This document shows positions 8,623-18,207 of a stretch of DNA of 56,652 bases, in pieces. Made by a program: the position numbers and the translations under genes. Numbering within the stretch: the stretch's first letter is position 1; every line of letters starts with the position of its first letter. The stretch covers positions 1 through 56,652 of the forward strand of contig JAICWQ010000001.1 in assembly GCA_025934755.1 (NCBI GenBank), written 5' to 3'. Under the pieces are notes generated by a model that saw only the letters and a list, made by a program, of their open reading frames with translations, did no database searches and was not told the origin of the DNA. The stretch comes from Chthoniobacterales bacterium. GTDB lineage: Bacteria; Verrucomicrobiota; Verrucomicrobiia; Chthoniobacterales; UBA10450.

Positions 8623-10398
8623 ATGACGAAATCGCAAATCGCCGAGGTCTTGCAGGAAATCGCCACCCTGCTTGAGCTGAAGGATGAAAACCCGTTCAAG
8701 ATTCGAGCTTACGCCAACGCGGCTCGCTCGCTCGAAACTTTTGGCGGAAATTTGTCCGACCTTCAGGATGAAGAGGCGCTGGGGAAAATTCCGGGCATCG
8801 GCAAAGCGATCGCCGCCAAGGTCAAGGAACTCGCCGGCACTGGAAAACTGAAATACCTGGAAGAACTGCGGGGCGAATTTCCCGCCGCGATCCTCGAATT
8901 ATTTTCAATTTCCGGACTCGGCGCGAAAAAGATCAAAGCGCTTTACGAGCAGCTCCACATCAGTTCAATCGAGCAACTGCGTAAAGCCTGCGAGTCAGGC
9001 AAAGTCGCCGAACTTCCCGGGTTTGGAGAAGCAACTCAGACCAAGATTTGCGCAGCGATCGAGCAGCGGGCGAAGCATTCGGGCTATTTCCAATTCGGGC
9101 AGATCGCAGCGGAGACCGAGAGTCTTCGGCAAAATCTCGCGGCCCACCCCGACACGCTTCAAGTCGATGTGGCTGGAAGTTACCGGCGCCGCCGGGAAAT
9201 TGTCCGCGATGTTGATTTTGTGGTCGCGACCAGGAAACCCGCCGCGATCACCGAATGGTTTATCAAGCATTCATTGGTCGAATCGATCATTGCCCGGGGC
9301 CCGACCAAGACGAGCGTGCGGCTGCGTTCTGGAATTCAATGCGATCTTCGAGTTGTCAGCGCTGCCGAATATCCGTTCGCCCTCAATTATTTTACCGGCA
9401 GCAAGGAGCACAACATCGAGATGCGCAGCCGGGCGCTCCAGCGCGGCTGGACGCTGAACGAATATCGTCTGGCGAAATTGCCGCCTGATCCAAAGGTCCG
9501 AGCCGGACGGGCAAAGAAAAAGGCGGCGGCAAGGATTCCAGCAGTTCGGGAGGAATCGGATTTGTATCGCGCGCTCGGTCTCGATTTTGTTCCGCCGGAG
9601 TTGCGCGAAAATTGCGGTGAATTCGAAGCGGCGGAAGACCATTCTTTGCCGAAATTGCTCGAGAAGGAAAATATCCGCGGGACATTTCACTGTCACACGG
9701 TTGCGAGTGACGGCCACAATACTCTGGAGGAAATGGCGAATGCGGCCCAGGAATTGGGTCTCGAGTACCTGGGTATTGCCGAACACAGCAAGAGCTCGAT
9801 TCAGGCGCACGGGATCGATGCGGCAAAGCTGCGCGAACAGATCGCAACAATTCGGACGTTAAACAACAAATTCAACGGCTTTCGATTATTCGCCGGTGTC
9901 GAGTGCGACATTCTGCGGGACGGCAAACTCGATTTCGAAGACGACATTTTGTCGGAACTGGATTTCGTCGTAGCCTCGGTTCATTCGGTTTTCAATTTGT
10001 CCGAGTCCGAAATGACCAAGCGCGTCATTCGGGCGATGGAAAATCCGTTCGTCACCATTCTCGCGCATCCGACCGGCCGGCTCCTATTGAAACGCGAGCC
10101 CTATTCGATTGATATTCCCGCGGTGTTAGAAACGGCAGCGTCGACTGGCACCTGGGTCGAGCTGAATGCCGCTCCAAAACGACTTGATCTCGATTGGCGC
10201 TGGTGGCCGCTCGCCAAAAATAAAGGGGTCAAATGCGTAATCGATCCTGACGCCCATCGGACCGAACGATTACAGGACCTGTGGTTCGGGGTTGGTATTG
10301 CCCGAAAAGGTTGGTTGACCAAAGCCGACGTAATGAATTGTCTGCCAGTCGACGAAATCGCGAGGGCCCTTAAGGCAAAACGAAACCGGAAAAGTTAA
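8623..10398 (+). CDS. polX: DNA polymerase X family protein with C-terminal PHP phosphoesterase domain
   Basis: HhH motifs are present (GIGKAIAAKV, GLGAKKIKAL). The nucleotidyltransferase core GSYRRRREIVRDVDFVV and the PHP motif FHCHTVASDGH are present. Confidence 0.93.
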   Translation: MTKSQIAEVLQEIATLLELKDENPFKIRAYANAARSLETFGGNLSDLQDEEALGKIPGIGKAIAAKVKELAGTGKLKYLEELRGEFPAAILELFSISGLGAKKIKALYEQLHISSIEQLRKACESGKVAELPGFGEATQTKICAAIEQRAKHSGYFQFGQIAAETESLRQNLAAHPDTLQVDVAGSYRRRREIVRDVDFVVATRKPAAITEWFIKHSLVESIIARGPTKTSVRLRSGIQCDLRVVSAAEYPFALNYFTGSKEHNIEMRSRALQRGWTLNEYRLAKLPPDPKVRAGRAKKKAAARIPAVREESDLYRALGLDFVPPELRENCGEFEAAEDHSLPKLLEKENIRGTFHCHTVASDGHNTLEEMANAAQELGLEYLGIAEHSKSSIQAHGIDAAKLREQIATIRTLNNKFNGFRLFAGVECDILRDGKLDFEDDILSELDFVVASVHSVFNLSESEMTKRVIRAMENPFVTILAHPTGRLLLKREPYSIDIPAVLETAASTGTWVELNAAPKRLDLDWRWWPLAKNKGVKCVIDPDAHRTERLQDLWFGVGIARKGWLTKADVMNCLPVDEIARALKAKRNRKS

Positions 10399-11201
10399 GC
10401 CGTTTCGCGTTGCGGCATAAACATTGTCAAACATTTGCACGCGCCTCCGGCTTTAAGGAATTCAGTCATCGGAAGCTCATGACATTTGTAGCCGCGTTGG
10501 GTGAGAGTAGAGACAAGCTTCGGCGCGGCGTCGGGTAAAACGAGGTCGCGGTCGAGCGGAATGGCATTGCAACAAAAGTGCATCGACTCCTCCGGCGCGA
10601 CCTCAATCAAATCCGACACGTGTTCTCGAATGGCGTGCTGCCCGTACTCATCGAACGCCGCGGGAAACCAAATGTCTGCGCCGTCCGGGAGCGGGCAGTA
10701 GCAGGTGTCGAGGTGATAAAAGCGTGGATTGACCAACTCGACCGAGACCACGAGACATTCAAGCATCTCTGCCACCGCGCGGTGCGATTTGATATCGGAA
10801 CGAAACTTGTAACCGCAGAACAACACGTCGCCGGCAAACAGCGCGTCGCCTTCGCCTTCGAAGTAATAATCGCTTGGCAACCAGGCGATTTGGTAGCCGC
10901 GTTTTTCCATCCAACGTGCGAAATGAGGCGCCTCGCCTGCGCGCTCTTTGTGGCGAAAATTACTGGGAATAAACTGCCGGCCGACCGCGAGTCCGGCGTT
11001 GGCGGTGAAGACCATGTCCGGCAGCTTTGGTTGAGGTGCGATCAATTCGATTTTGCAGTCGAGCTTCGACAGAGTCGCGCGCAGGCCGGACCACTGTTTT
11101 TTGGCCGTGGCTGCATCCGCGCCGCGCGCCCGGCTCATCCACGGATTGATTTCGTATTCAATGCCGTAGAAGTCGGGCGGACAAAGCAACAATTCGCGCA
11201 T
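10395..11201 (-). CDS. Guanidino-group-modifying enzyme (amidinotransferase / arginine dihydrolase ArgZ N-domain-like / DDAH-like)
   Basis: Motifs are LCPPDFYGIEYEINPWM, MVFTANAG, FEGEGDAL, RFYHLDTC, and a C-terminal catalytic Cys in EFLKAGGACKCLT. Confidence 0.8.
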   Translation of the reverse strand: MRELLLCPPDFYGIEYEINPWMSRARGADAATAKKQWSGLRATLSKLDCKIELIAPQPKLPDMVFTANAGLAVGRQFIPSNFRHKERAGEAPHFARWMEKRGYQIAWLPSDYYFEGEGDALFAGDVLFCGYKFRSDIKSHRAVAEMLECLVVSVELVNPRFYHLDTCYCPLPDGADIWFPAAFDEYGQHAIREHVSDLIEVAPEESMHFCCNAIPLDRDLVLPDAAPKLVSTLTQRGYKCHELPMTEFLKAGGACKCLTMFMPQRETA

Positions 11202-11212
11202 AGGTTCGAAGA

Positions 11213-11464
11213 TTACTTGTCCCCAGGCCGAGGACGTTTTACTTCGGCCCCTTGTTCTCGCAGCCGTTGAATCAACTCGTCCAAATCAGCTTTGGTCGGC
11301 GCGGTAATCTCGATCCGGGCAAGGCTTGGATCGATCCGCTTCTGGCCGATTTTGAATTCGACGATGTTAAAGGTAGCGCCGCGGGTCACGATCTGGTCGA
11401 GCACTTTGGGCAAAGTGAGCGAATCGATAATATGACCACGCAGCTCGATGATATCGGAGACCAT
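11213..11464 (-). CDS. Stand-alone small domain protein resembling the N-terminal domain of LOR/SDH (TIGR00300) enzymes
   Basis: The 83-aa ORF has an ATG start and lies 11 nt upstream of the amidinotransferase gene. The sequence ELRGHIIDSLTLPKVLDQIVTRGATFNIVEFKIGQKRIDPSLARIEI matches my memory of the LOR/SDH N-terminal region. I have not run an HMM search to confirm this. Confidence 0.6.
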   Translation of the reverse strand: MVSDIIELRGHIIDSLTLPKVLDQIVTRGATFNIVEFKIGQKRIDPSLARIEITAPTKADLDELIQRLREQGAEVKRPRPGDK

Positions 11465-11694
11465 CGTTAAAATTTAGCCGATGAACCTGCCCTCCGCCAA
11501 TTGCGCCGGAACGTTGCCGGATCGACAATCCAGGCAGAATCATATGAAAAAGCCGAACGTGCGCGGACCCTCGCCGACTCGAAAGTCCCACTTGTCGCTG
11601 AAGGACAAGCTGAATCGCAAATCCAAGCCGCGGCCGCCATTGCCGTCCTTTGGGCCACATCCAACGGGCGGTACCGCCAACGATCGTAAATCGC

Positions 11695-11946
11695 ATGCGA
11701 CGAAACAATAACCTGGCCGGATTAGCGGAAAAGATCGCCCGACGGCTCGCAACGAAGTCGGAAGTTTACATTATTCATCCGGCTGAGCTTCGAGCGCTGC
11801 GTTCCGTTACCGATGAAGAATTACGCTCGTTAGCCGCCAGGAATGGGTGGCGTGTGGTGCGCCGGCTCGGCGGCAAACAAATCGAGTTTTATAATGACGC
11901 CGGGGCTAGACCGCCGGCGGCGCCTGGTACGGCTTCTCCTCGTTAG
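11695..11946 (+). CDS. Hypothetical small protein (84 aa from ATG 11695)
   Basis: The open frame has helix-like, non-repetitive composition (..AELRALRSVTDEELRSLAARNGWRVVRRLGGKQIEFYND..). Its ATG overlaps the stop of a 55-aa basic ORF (11544..11711). I recognise no family. Confidence 0.35.
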   Translation: MRRNNNLAGLAEKIARRLATKSEVYIIHPAELRALRSVTDEELRSLAARNGWRVVRRLGGKQIEFYNDAGARPPAAPGTASPR

Positions 11947-12004
11947 CGCCCTTAGCAGAACAACATTTTAGCGGGCGGAGCCGCTAACGGTTGACTGCCA
12001 CAGA

Positions 12005-13200
12005 CTAAGGCCCTCGATGCGGCGGCGTGGGCGTTGGAGTCGGAGTAGGCGTGGGGCTTGGTCCGACGGTTGCCGTAGGTGTTGGGGTAGGACTCGGGGT
12101 GGGAGTTGGAGTTGGAGTAGGGCTAGCTACTGGGGTCGCTGTTGGTGTTGGCGTAGGGCTGGCTACCGGCGTCGCCGTAGGAGTAGGAGTAGGCGTAGGG
12201 CTCGGAACCACAGTAGGTGTTGGTGTGGGGGTCGGCGTCGGAGTTGGGCTAGGCGCTACAGTTGCGGTGGGTGTTGGAGTCGGAGTAGGAGTTGGGCTAG
12301 GCACAACTGTTGGAGTAGGCGTAGGGCTCGGGCCGCAACCACCTCTACCGCAAGGCGTCGGAGTAGGAGTCGGACTCGGAGCAATTGTTGCCGTTGGTGT
12401 CGGCGTCGGAGTCGGAGTAGGTGTGGGCGTCGGGCTCGCGATCGGCGTGGGGGTTGGAGTCGGGCTGGCTACCGGGGTCGCTGTTGGCGTAGAAGTAGGA
12501 GTTGGCGTGGGGCTAACTATCGGGGTCGATGTCGGGGTGGGTGTTGGCGTGGGACTGGCGATTGGAGTTGCGGTTGGTGTGGGGGTCGGAGTGGGGCTGG
12601 CTAATGGCGTGGGGGTAGGAGTCGGTGTCGGCGTTGGGCTAGGCGCTACAGTTGCGGTGGGTGTTGGAGTCGGAGTAGGAGTTGGGCTAGGCACAACTGT
12701 TGGAGTTGGTGTAGGGCTCGGGCCACAGCCACCTCTACCGCAAGGCGTGGGAGTAGGGGTCGGACTCGGAGCGATTGTTGCCGTTGGTGTGGGAGTAGGT
12801 GTTGGCGTCGGGGTAGGAGTAGGAGTAGGCGTGGGAGTCGGAGTAGGGCTCGGCGCGACTGTGGGAGTTGGGGTTGGGCTCGGTGCCGCAGTTGGAGTCG
12901 GAGTCGGACTCGGCGCAATTGTTGCAGTTGGCGTGGGGGTAGGAGTGGATGTAGGAGTAGGAGTAGGGGTTGAGGTCGGAGTTGGGGTTGGGCTCGGTGC
13001 TGCAGTTGCCGTCGGTGTGGGTGTAGGTGTCGGGCTCGGCACAACTGTTGGCGTTGGCGTTGGGGTTGGGCTCGGCCCGCAACCATTTCTGCCGCACGGT
13101 GTCGGTGTCGGAGTTGGACTTGCCGTCGGTGACGGAGTTGGGGTCGGCGTGGGGGTGGGGGTTGGAGTCGGAGTCGGACTAGGAGTGACTCCACCAGTAA
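12005..13200 (-). repeat. Low-complexity Pro-Thr coding repeat (GGN-rich on the plus strand) containing a 390-bp-period duplication
   Basis: 12243-12400 and 12633-12790 are 158-bp near-identical copies. I counted 7 mismatches, all synonymous. A third, more diverged copy of the CGRxGCG segment lies near 13040-13110. Confidence 0.9.
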
Positions 13201-15277
13201 CAGTCAGGATTCCGGTGCCAGTCGCCGATTGACCGTCCGGATTAGTGATCGTGACATTTTGCGGTCCGTTTGTTGCGCCATTTGTATTGAGATTGAGCGT
13301 TACGTGTGTCGGATCTGTGTAGGTGACCGAGTTGACGGCAATGTTGCCACTGACACTTGCATGGATCCGACTCGCAAAGCCTGCGCCTGGGTCGAAAAAT
13401 CCTGAGCCCGAAGACGAGGTCCCAGTAACGTTCACATTTGCTGATGTCTGCCCAGCGGCAACGGTTCCGGCCGAGCTTGGTTGAGCCGGTGGAGGCGCCA
13501 ACAGTTTAGCAACTTCAACGCCGTAGGTATTGCCGCCGTCGCACCATTCCTGCACCGACCACATCGTCATGTCGTCGTTCGGATCGACACTGGTGAAGGA
13601 ATAATCTCCCCATCGGTGCGGGGTATTGTTGTCCGCTGGACTGTAGGTATCGGAGCTCGAAGTAAAGATGTTCGGGGCATCGACCGAGCCGAGCGGATCA
13701 TTTACCAGGCGACCGGTCGTCGCCGCGTTTGCGTGGAAATTCGCGCCAGCCGCGCTAAAACCCATGGCGGCATGTCCTTGACCTGAAACAACAACGGACG
13801 GAATCCAATACCAGTTGGCCCCTGCCGCCACTGAGAATGGATCGAAAATTGTGCCGGATTGATTGACCGTCGGTGTTCCAGTGCCGACCGGGACGACCAG
13901 TTCATACCAACGCGCGGCATCGCGATCCTCGCTTCCGGAAGAGACTCCGGTCGAGTCGACGGCGATGTTGTGTGCCGTCCACAAATGGCCATTGCGAATA
14001 TGCGCGGCAAAAAGTCGATCATCGAGCGCGTCCAGGTTGGTCGAGGTAGGGCAGTTGAAGCCGCTGCAAGCTGAGGGGACGTCAAGCGGAAGGGCGGTGG
14101 CTTCAACTGTGATGGGAATGTTGGCCGAGATGCTCGGCGTGCCGCCCGGATTACTGATGCGGCGCATCACCAACTCGCCGAAAGCGCTGTCGCTCACGCC
14201 AATGATATAACCTTCAGTCGCGCTTGGGTCGTAGTTGTCTACTCCGCGCGGACTGTCCGGACCGTCGGCGCCAGTACCTGTCGTGATCAAACCCCGAAAT
14301 GCGGTCACGACGATTGGTCCGCTGCCCATGACGGAACTTTTCTGGACGACGAAAGCTGACGTCGTCACGAAGCAGAAGTTGTTCGCCTGCGTCGGATCAC
14401 AATTCGCGGTGAACATGTTGCCGCCGATGTAAAGAGCATTGGCATCGACACCGAGGGAGTCGTAGTCCAGGAACTCGCCCGTATCGCCGCCGCCGACGGT
14501 GTTCTGTTGGAAAAAGAAGAACGTCCAATTTGTGGCGGCGCTGATAACTCCATTGCTCGCCGCGTCTGACACGGCAATCAGAACACGGTTCGGCATATCT
14601 CCGATGCTATTAGGGGCGCTGCTCGGAATATCGATTATCTGCAGGAACCACCGTTTCGTTAGCCGGTCGTAGCGAATCTGCGGATCGCTGGTGAAATTAA
14701 CCTGACTACCGGATACCGGGGTCATTACCGACGAGAAGAAGACGTCCGGGTCGGTATTGAGAACGCCGTCCGCAAGCCCCGTCGCTTTGCTGAAACTGCG
14801 CAACCGCCCGTTGACGAAAATAACGAATTGCGATGGGCCGGCCATCCCCATTGAATCCGGAGGAAACGCGCCCGTGTCTTGCGGCCCGGTAACGCCGTCC
14901 CATTGCAAGCCGATGGTTTGCGAGAAATTTGGACTCGTGATATCGCCGGGCGCGAAGGTCGAACTTTTCTTTGCTGCACCAGGAGCAATTTGTGGATCAA
15001 ACCGGGCAGCCGGATTCTGCGGACGCTGCTTGCGGCCGGGAATTTCAAACTCGCGTTTGGTGAAAATGTCTTTGCGCGGTCCCGCTGCCGCCTGGTCAGC
15101 CATGATGTCGGCAGTATTGCGACTTATGCCTTTTTGACCGGCCTCGGGTTTGCCGAGGGTGTAGGTGCTGAGGCCGCTCGGAGGCTGACCAAATCCGACA
15201 ACACCGAGAATGACGGTTGCGGCGACCAGCGCCGGGGCGAAAAGGCGCCGTGTGAGCAGAGCGTTCGGGAGGGACAT
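12005..15277 (-). CDS. Large secreted protein: unknown ~600-aa N-terminal domain, one Ig/IPT-like domain, ~400-aa Pro-Thr-rich tail with three CGR(G/N)GCG motifs
   Basis: This is a 1090-aa uninterrupted ORF with an N-terminal signal/anchor ([18 protein letters not shown]). A non-repetitive body is followed by ..[22 protein letters not shown] and then (S/T)PTPTPT repeats running to the C-terminus (..PPHRGP*). Confidence 0.85.
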   Translation of the reverse strand: MSLPNALLTRRLFAPALVAATVILGVVGFGQPPSGLSTYTLGKPEAGQKGISRNTADIMADQAAAGPRKDIFTKREFEIPGRKQRPQNPAARFDPQIAPGAAKKSSTFAPGDITSPNFSQTIGLQWDGVTGPQDTGAFPPDSMGMAGPSQFVIFVNGRLRSFSKATGLADGVLNTDPDVFFSSVMTPVSGSQVNFTSDPQIRYDRLTKRWFLQIIDIPSSAPNSIGDMPNRVLIAVSDAASNGVISAATNWTFFFFQQNTVGGGDTGEFLDYDSLGVDANALYIGGNMFTANCDPTQANNFCFVTTSAFVVQKSSVMGSGPIVVTAFRGLITTGTGADGPDSPRGVDNYDPSATEGYIIGVSDSAFGELVMRRISNPGGTPSISANIPITVEATALPLDVPSACSGFNCPTSTNLDALDDRLFAAHIRNGHLWTAHNIAVDSTGVSSGSEDRDAARWYELVVPVGTGTPTVNQSGTIFDPFSVAAGANWYWIPSVVVSGQGHAAMGFSAAGANFHANAATTGRLVNDPLGSVDAPNIFTSSSDTYSPADNNTPHRWGDYSFTSVDPNDDMTMWSVQEWCDGGNTYGVEVAKLLAPPPAQPSSAGTVAAGQTSANVNVTGTSSSGSGFFDPGAGFASRIHASVSGNIAVNSVTYTDPTHVTLNLNTNGATNGPQNVTITNPDGQSATGTGILTVTGGVTPSPTPTPTPTPTPTPTPSPTASPTPTPTPCGRNGCGPSPTPTPTPTVVPSPTPTPTPTATAAPSPTPTPTSTPTPTPTSTPTPTPTATIAPSPTPTPTAAPSPTPTPTVAPSPTPTPTPTPTPTPTPTPTPTPTATIAPSPTPTPTPCGRGGCGPSPTPTPTVVPSPTPTPTPTPTATVAPSPTPTPTPTPTPLASPTPTPTPTATPIASPTPTPTPTSTPIVSPTPTPTSTPTATPVASPTPTPTPIASPTPTPTPTPTPTPTATIAPSPTPTPTPCGRGGCGPSPTPTPTVVPSPTPTPTPTPTATVAPSPTPTPTPTPTPTVVPSPTPTPTPTATPVASPTPTPTATPVASPTPTPTPTPSPTPTPTATVGPSPTPTPTPTPTPPHRGP

Positions 15278-15387
15278 AGGCTACAGGGTGAGTTTCAAAA
15301 AAAACAGCTTAATTGAAGGCCGAATCAGGGAATGACAGGGCCGTGACTATCTCCGCCGCTTAACCCGACGCAAGCGGAATTATTCGG

Positions 15388-16203
15388 CTAAACCTTGTCT
15401 GGTGGCTCAACCTGGTTTGAAAAGAACGCGGTCAACGGACTGGTCGCAGCGGCCGTCCGCAATTTGTCGGCAAGTCCGATTTCGTGCGCTTCACGGCCGG
15501 CCTCGATTGCTTTCTTGAAGGCGCGGGCCATGCGGATCGGATCCCCCGCAATTGCGATTGCGGTGTTCACCAAAACTGCGTCGGCGCCCATTTCCATCGC
15601 TTCCGCCGCCTGACTTGGCGCGCCGAGGCCGGCATCAACTACCACGGGCACTGTGGCTTGCTCGATGATGATTTCGATTTGCGGGCGGGTTTCGATTCCA
15701 CGGTTGCTTCCAATGGGCGAACCAAGCGGCATCACGGTTGCGGTGCCGACGTCTTGCAAACGTTTCGCGAGGACCGGGTCTGCGTTTATGTAGGGCAGCA
15801 CGGTAAATCCTTCCTTCACCAAAATTTGAGCTGCCGCCAGCGTCTCGACCGGATCAGGCAGGAGATAGCGCGGATCGGGATGGATCTCGAGTTTGATCCA
15901 GGTCGGCAAACCGGCGCTTGCCGCGAGCCGCGCGAGACGAACCGCTTCGTCGGAATTCCTGGCGCCGCTGGTGTTTGGCAGAAGCAGAAATTGTTTCGGA
16001 TCGACAAAATCCAGGATGTTCGCGAAAGGATCGTGCTTGCCGGAAAGATCAGCCCGTCGCAAAGCGACGGTGACAATTTCTGTTCCGCTCGCGGCCAATG
16101 CGTCCCGCATCAATTCGTTTGAAGCGAACTTTCCGGTTCCCACGAGGAGCCGCGAAGCGAACTCGCGGTCGGCGATTTTCAGTTTGGAAGGTTTGTCCGC
16201 CAT
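15388..16203 (-). CDS. thiG: Thiazole synthase ThiG
   Basis: Motifs [34 protein letters not shown] and [13 protein letters not shown] are present. The length is typical at ~270 aa. Confidence 0.97.
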   Translation of the reverse strand: MADKPSKLKIADREFASRLLVGTGKFASNELMRDALAASGTEIVTVALRRADLSGKHDPFANILDFVDPKQFLLLPNTSGARNSDEAVRLARLAASAGLPTWIKLEIHPDPRYLLPDPVETLAAAQILVKEGFTVLPYINADPVLAKRLQDVGTATVMPLGSPIGSNRGIETRPQIEIIIEQATVPVVVDAGLGAPSQAAEAMEMGADAVLVNTAIAIAGDPIRMARAFKKAIEAGREAHEIGLADKLRTAAATSPLTAFFSNQVEPPDKV

Positions 16204-16319
16204 TGCCTAAATAATAGACGAAGTGGCACGCGCTTCCAGCCCGTGATTCTTACGACATCGGCAGGATGCCGATGCCACTTTCAGCTGTACGAATCCAATT
16301 TGTTCGATCACTTTTGGGT

Positions 16320-17102
16320 ATGACCAAATTCGATTTGCGGTTGGAGGATTGTGTCCGCGGCATGGCCGGGCTTCGCGCAAGGACTGTCGATCTGGTCGTC
16401 ACGTCGCCGCCGTACAATCTCGGCATTCAATACGGCAAGTATTCCGACCGCGAAGACCGGCTGTCTTATCTAAAGTGGTCCGCGGCATGGGCCCAGCAGG
16501 TCCGACGCGTTCTCAAGACGGATGGCTCGTTTTTTCTCAACATTGGCGCCGCGCCGTCAAATCCGATGTTGCCACACGAAATCGTGTTTCAACTCCGCGA
16601 CTTTTTCGTTCTTCAAAACACGATTCATTGGATCAAATCGATCGCGATCGACGATCGGACCTTTGGCCATTTCAAACCAATCAGTTCGAAAAGATTTTTG
16701 AATGACTGCCACGAATACATTTTTCATTTCACAAAAACGGGCCGGGTCGAAATCGATCGGCTGGCCATCGGCGTACCGTACCAGGACAAAAGCAATATCG
16801 CGCGGTGGGGCCACACTGGCGGAAGTGACAAACGCTGCCGCGGCAACACCTGGTTCATCCCCTACCAGACAATCCAAAGCCGCGAAAAGGAGCGACCGCA
16901 TCCGGCAACGTTTCCGGTCCAGCTCGCGGAATGGTGCATCAAATTACAGGGCGTCTCCCGCGCGCGCTCTATGCTCGATCCATTCCTGGGAATCGGAAAC
17001 TCGGCGGTGGCTGCGAAAGACTGCGGGTTGAGAAAGTTCGCCGGATTCGAGATCGATGAAACGTATCTCGCGGAAGCGAAACGGCGGCTTGGACTAAAAT
17101 AA
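16320..17102 (+). CDS. DNA methyltransferase, beta-class N4/N6 type (motif IV SPPY suggests N4-cytosine)
   Basis: Motif IV is DLVVTSPPYNLG near the N-terminus and motif I is LDPFLGIGNSAVAA near the C-terminus, which is the beta-class order. The ATG at 16320 (MTKFDLRLEDC..) is preferred over the track start at 16266. Confidence 0.9.
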   Translation: MTKFDLRLEDCVRGMAGLRARTVDLVVTSPPYNLGIQYGKYSDREDRLSYLKWSAAWAQQVRRVLKTDGSFFLNIGAAPSNPMLPHEIVFQLRDFFVLQNTIHWIKSIAIDDRTFGHFKPISSKRFLNDCHEYIFHFTKTGRVEIDRLAIGVPYQDKSNIARWGHTGGSDKRCRGNTWFIPYQTIQSREKERPHPATFPVQLAEWCIKLQGVSRARSMLDPFLGIGNSAVAAKDCGLRKFAGFEIDETYLAEAKRRLGLK

Positions 17103-18164
17103 TTCGTCCTCTGATTTCGCCGGCCCGCCTCCGAGCTCAAATTTTTGGAGTGAAGCAACCAGATTCCCCGGCAGCGGCCAAACTCGCTCGAAAATCCGGG
17201 GTCCAAGCGGTTTGGCCGTGGTGTATCCGGCGGCAAACATTTCCAGTCGGGCATCAAGGTTGTCGATGTAATGCAACGTCATCGCTTCCGGTGTTCGCGG
17301 TTCGACTGGCGATCCGAAACTCTTTTCGCCGTGATGCGAAGCCACCAAATGCAACAGGTGAATCCGAACATCTTCCGATGGCGGCGAGATGTTTCTCCAC
17401 GACTCGGAATTCTCGGAATTCAATTTCCGCCATAATGCGTTCACCACTTCAATCCCGATCGAAATGTGGCCCACCAGCTCCCCGAGTTCGTCGTAGCCCA
17501 TGACGAATCCATTTTCCGGAAGGGCGTTCTCCCACAGCTTCCCGCAGTCGTGAAATAAAATCCCGGCAATCAGCAGATCGAGATTGAGCGGCGGATAGAG
17601 CGGGGCGAACGCGATCGCGCTGCGCATCATTTGGGCGGTGTGTTCCACCAGGCCGCCGCGCCGGGCGTGATGATATTTTCGCGCGGCCGCGGTCCGTCTG
17701 AACCGGTCGCCAAATTCCTTTACGAACGCATCACAAAGTGCGCGCAAACGCGGGTCGCCAATCTTCGCGATCGCGTCGTTAATGAACTTCCAGTCGGTTT
17801 CTTGTTTGGCGCGAAGCTCCGGCGGGCCCTGAAGCAATTCGTTTTTTTCCTGCGGGGTCAGCGGACGGACGGTCCATTTTTGCGCCTCGAGCCCGAATTG
17901 AGAATGCGAGCTGAATTCGCCGGTGAGCTCTATGAAACTTTCGTTGGTCAGAGAGCTGCACGCTTTATACGCTGGATGATCACTCCAAACCCGTAGCGTC
18001 ATTCGATCACACGCGTCCGCCAGACTCAGCTCACAGTAAGGTTTTTGCTCTCGCGTGAGTTTCGGCGCCGCTGATTCAACCTGCACGTGAGTGCGCGCCG
18101 TGACCGGGCTGCCGCTGGAACGGGACGCAGCCCGGCGAATTTCGGTCAGCGTCATCAATTGCAT
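17094..18164 (-). CDS. OB-fold + HD-domain phosphohydrolase (YhaM-like 3'-5' exoribonuclease family)
   Basis: The N-terminal part is OB-like (..CELSLADACDRMTLRVW..IELTGEF..). The HD motif reads HHARRGGLVEHT..LFHDCGKLWE. The track start at 18239 is TTG and overlaps sodC, so the ATG at 18164 is preferred. Confidence 0.8.
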   Translation of the reverse strand: MQLMTLTEIRRAASRSSGSPVTARTHVQVESAAPKLTREQKPYCELSLADACDRMTLRVWSDHPAYKACSSLTNESFIELTGEFSSHSQFGLEAQKWTVRPLTPQEKNELLQGPPELRAKQETDWKFINDAIAKIGDPRLRALCDAFVKEFGDRFRRTAAARKYHHARRGGLVEHTAQMMRSAIAFAPLYPPLNLDLLIAGILFHDCGKLWENALPENGFVMGYDELGELVGHISIGIEVVNALWRKLNSENSESWRNISPPSEDVRIHLLHLVASHHGEKSFGSPVEPRTPEAMTLHYIDNLDARLEMFAAGYTTAKPLGPRIFERVWPLPGNLVASLQKFELGGGPAKSEDELF

Positions 18165-18207
18165 GTCGGCTTCAGCTCTTCCGCTTCCTCTTCGTCTTAG
18201 CGTTCCT

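Noticed and set aside
8595-8637. Apparent 15-nt head-to-head overlap of the HMG-CoA-lyase-like gene and polX.
   Set aside because: The overlap depends on a TTG start at 8637. Using the ATG at 8595, which matches the family N-terminus, removes it and leaves a short 27-nt divergent spacer.
11968-11987. Hairpin TTAGCGG-GCGGAG-CCGCTAA between the convergent small ORF and the PT-rich gene, considered as a bidirectional intrinsic terminator.
   Set aside because: The 7-bp stem is real, but no U-tract follows on either strand. That is too weak to call a terminator with confidence.
12017-13232. Long plus-strand ORFs encoding (GV)n and R/W/C-rich polypeptides (12027..13232 at 401 aa, 12017..12604), and alternative minus-frame ORFs (12646..13194, 12735..13097).
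   Set aside because: These are frame and strand shadows of the Pro-Thr repeat. Any frame of a (CCN-ACN)n tract stays open. The only frame continuous with a non-repetitive, signal-peptide-bearing N-terminal domain is the 1090-aa minus-strand ORF.
16204-16320. TPP riboswitch upstream of thiG, and a sigma-54 promoter (TGGCACGCGCTTCCA at ~16223) upstream of the methyltransferase.
   Set aside because: No TPP-riboswitch core (CTGAGA...ACCTGATCTGGATAATGCCAGCG-like) is visible on the thiG strand. The TGGCAC element lacks the TTGC -12 box at the correct spacing, so it is probably fortuitous.
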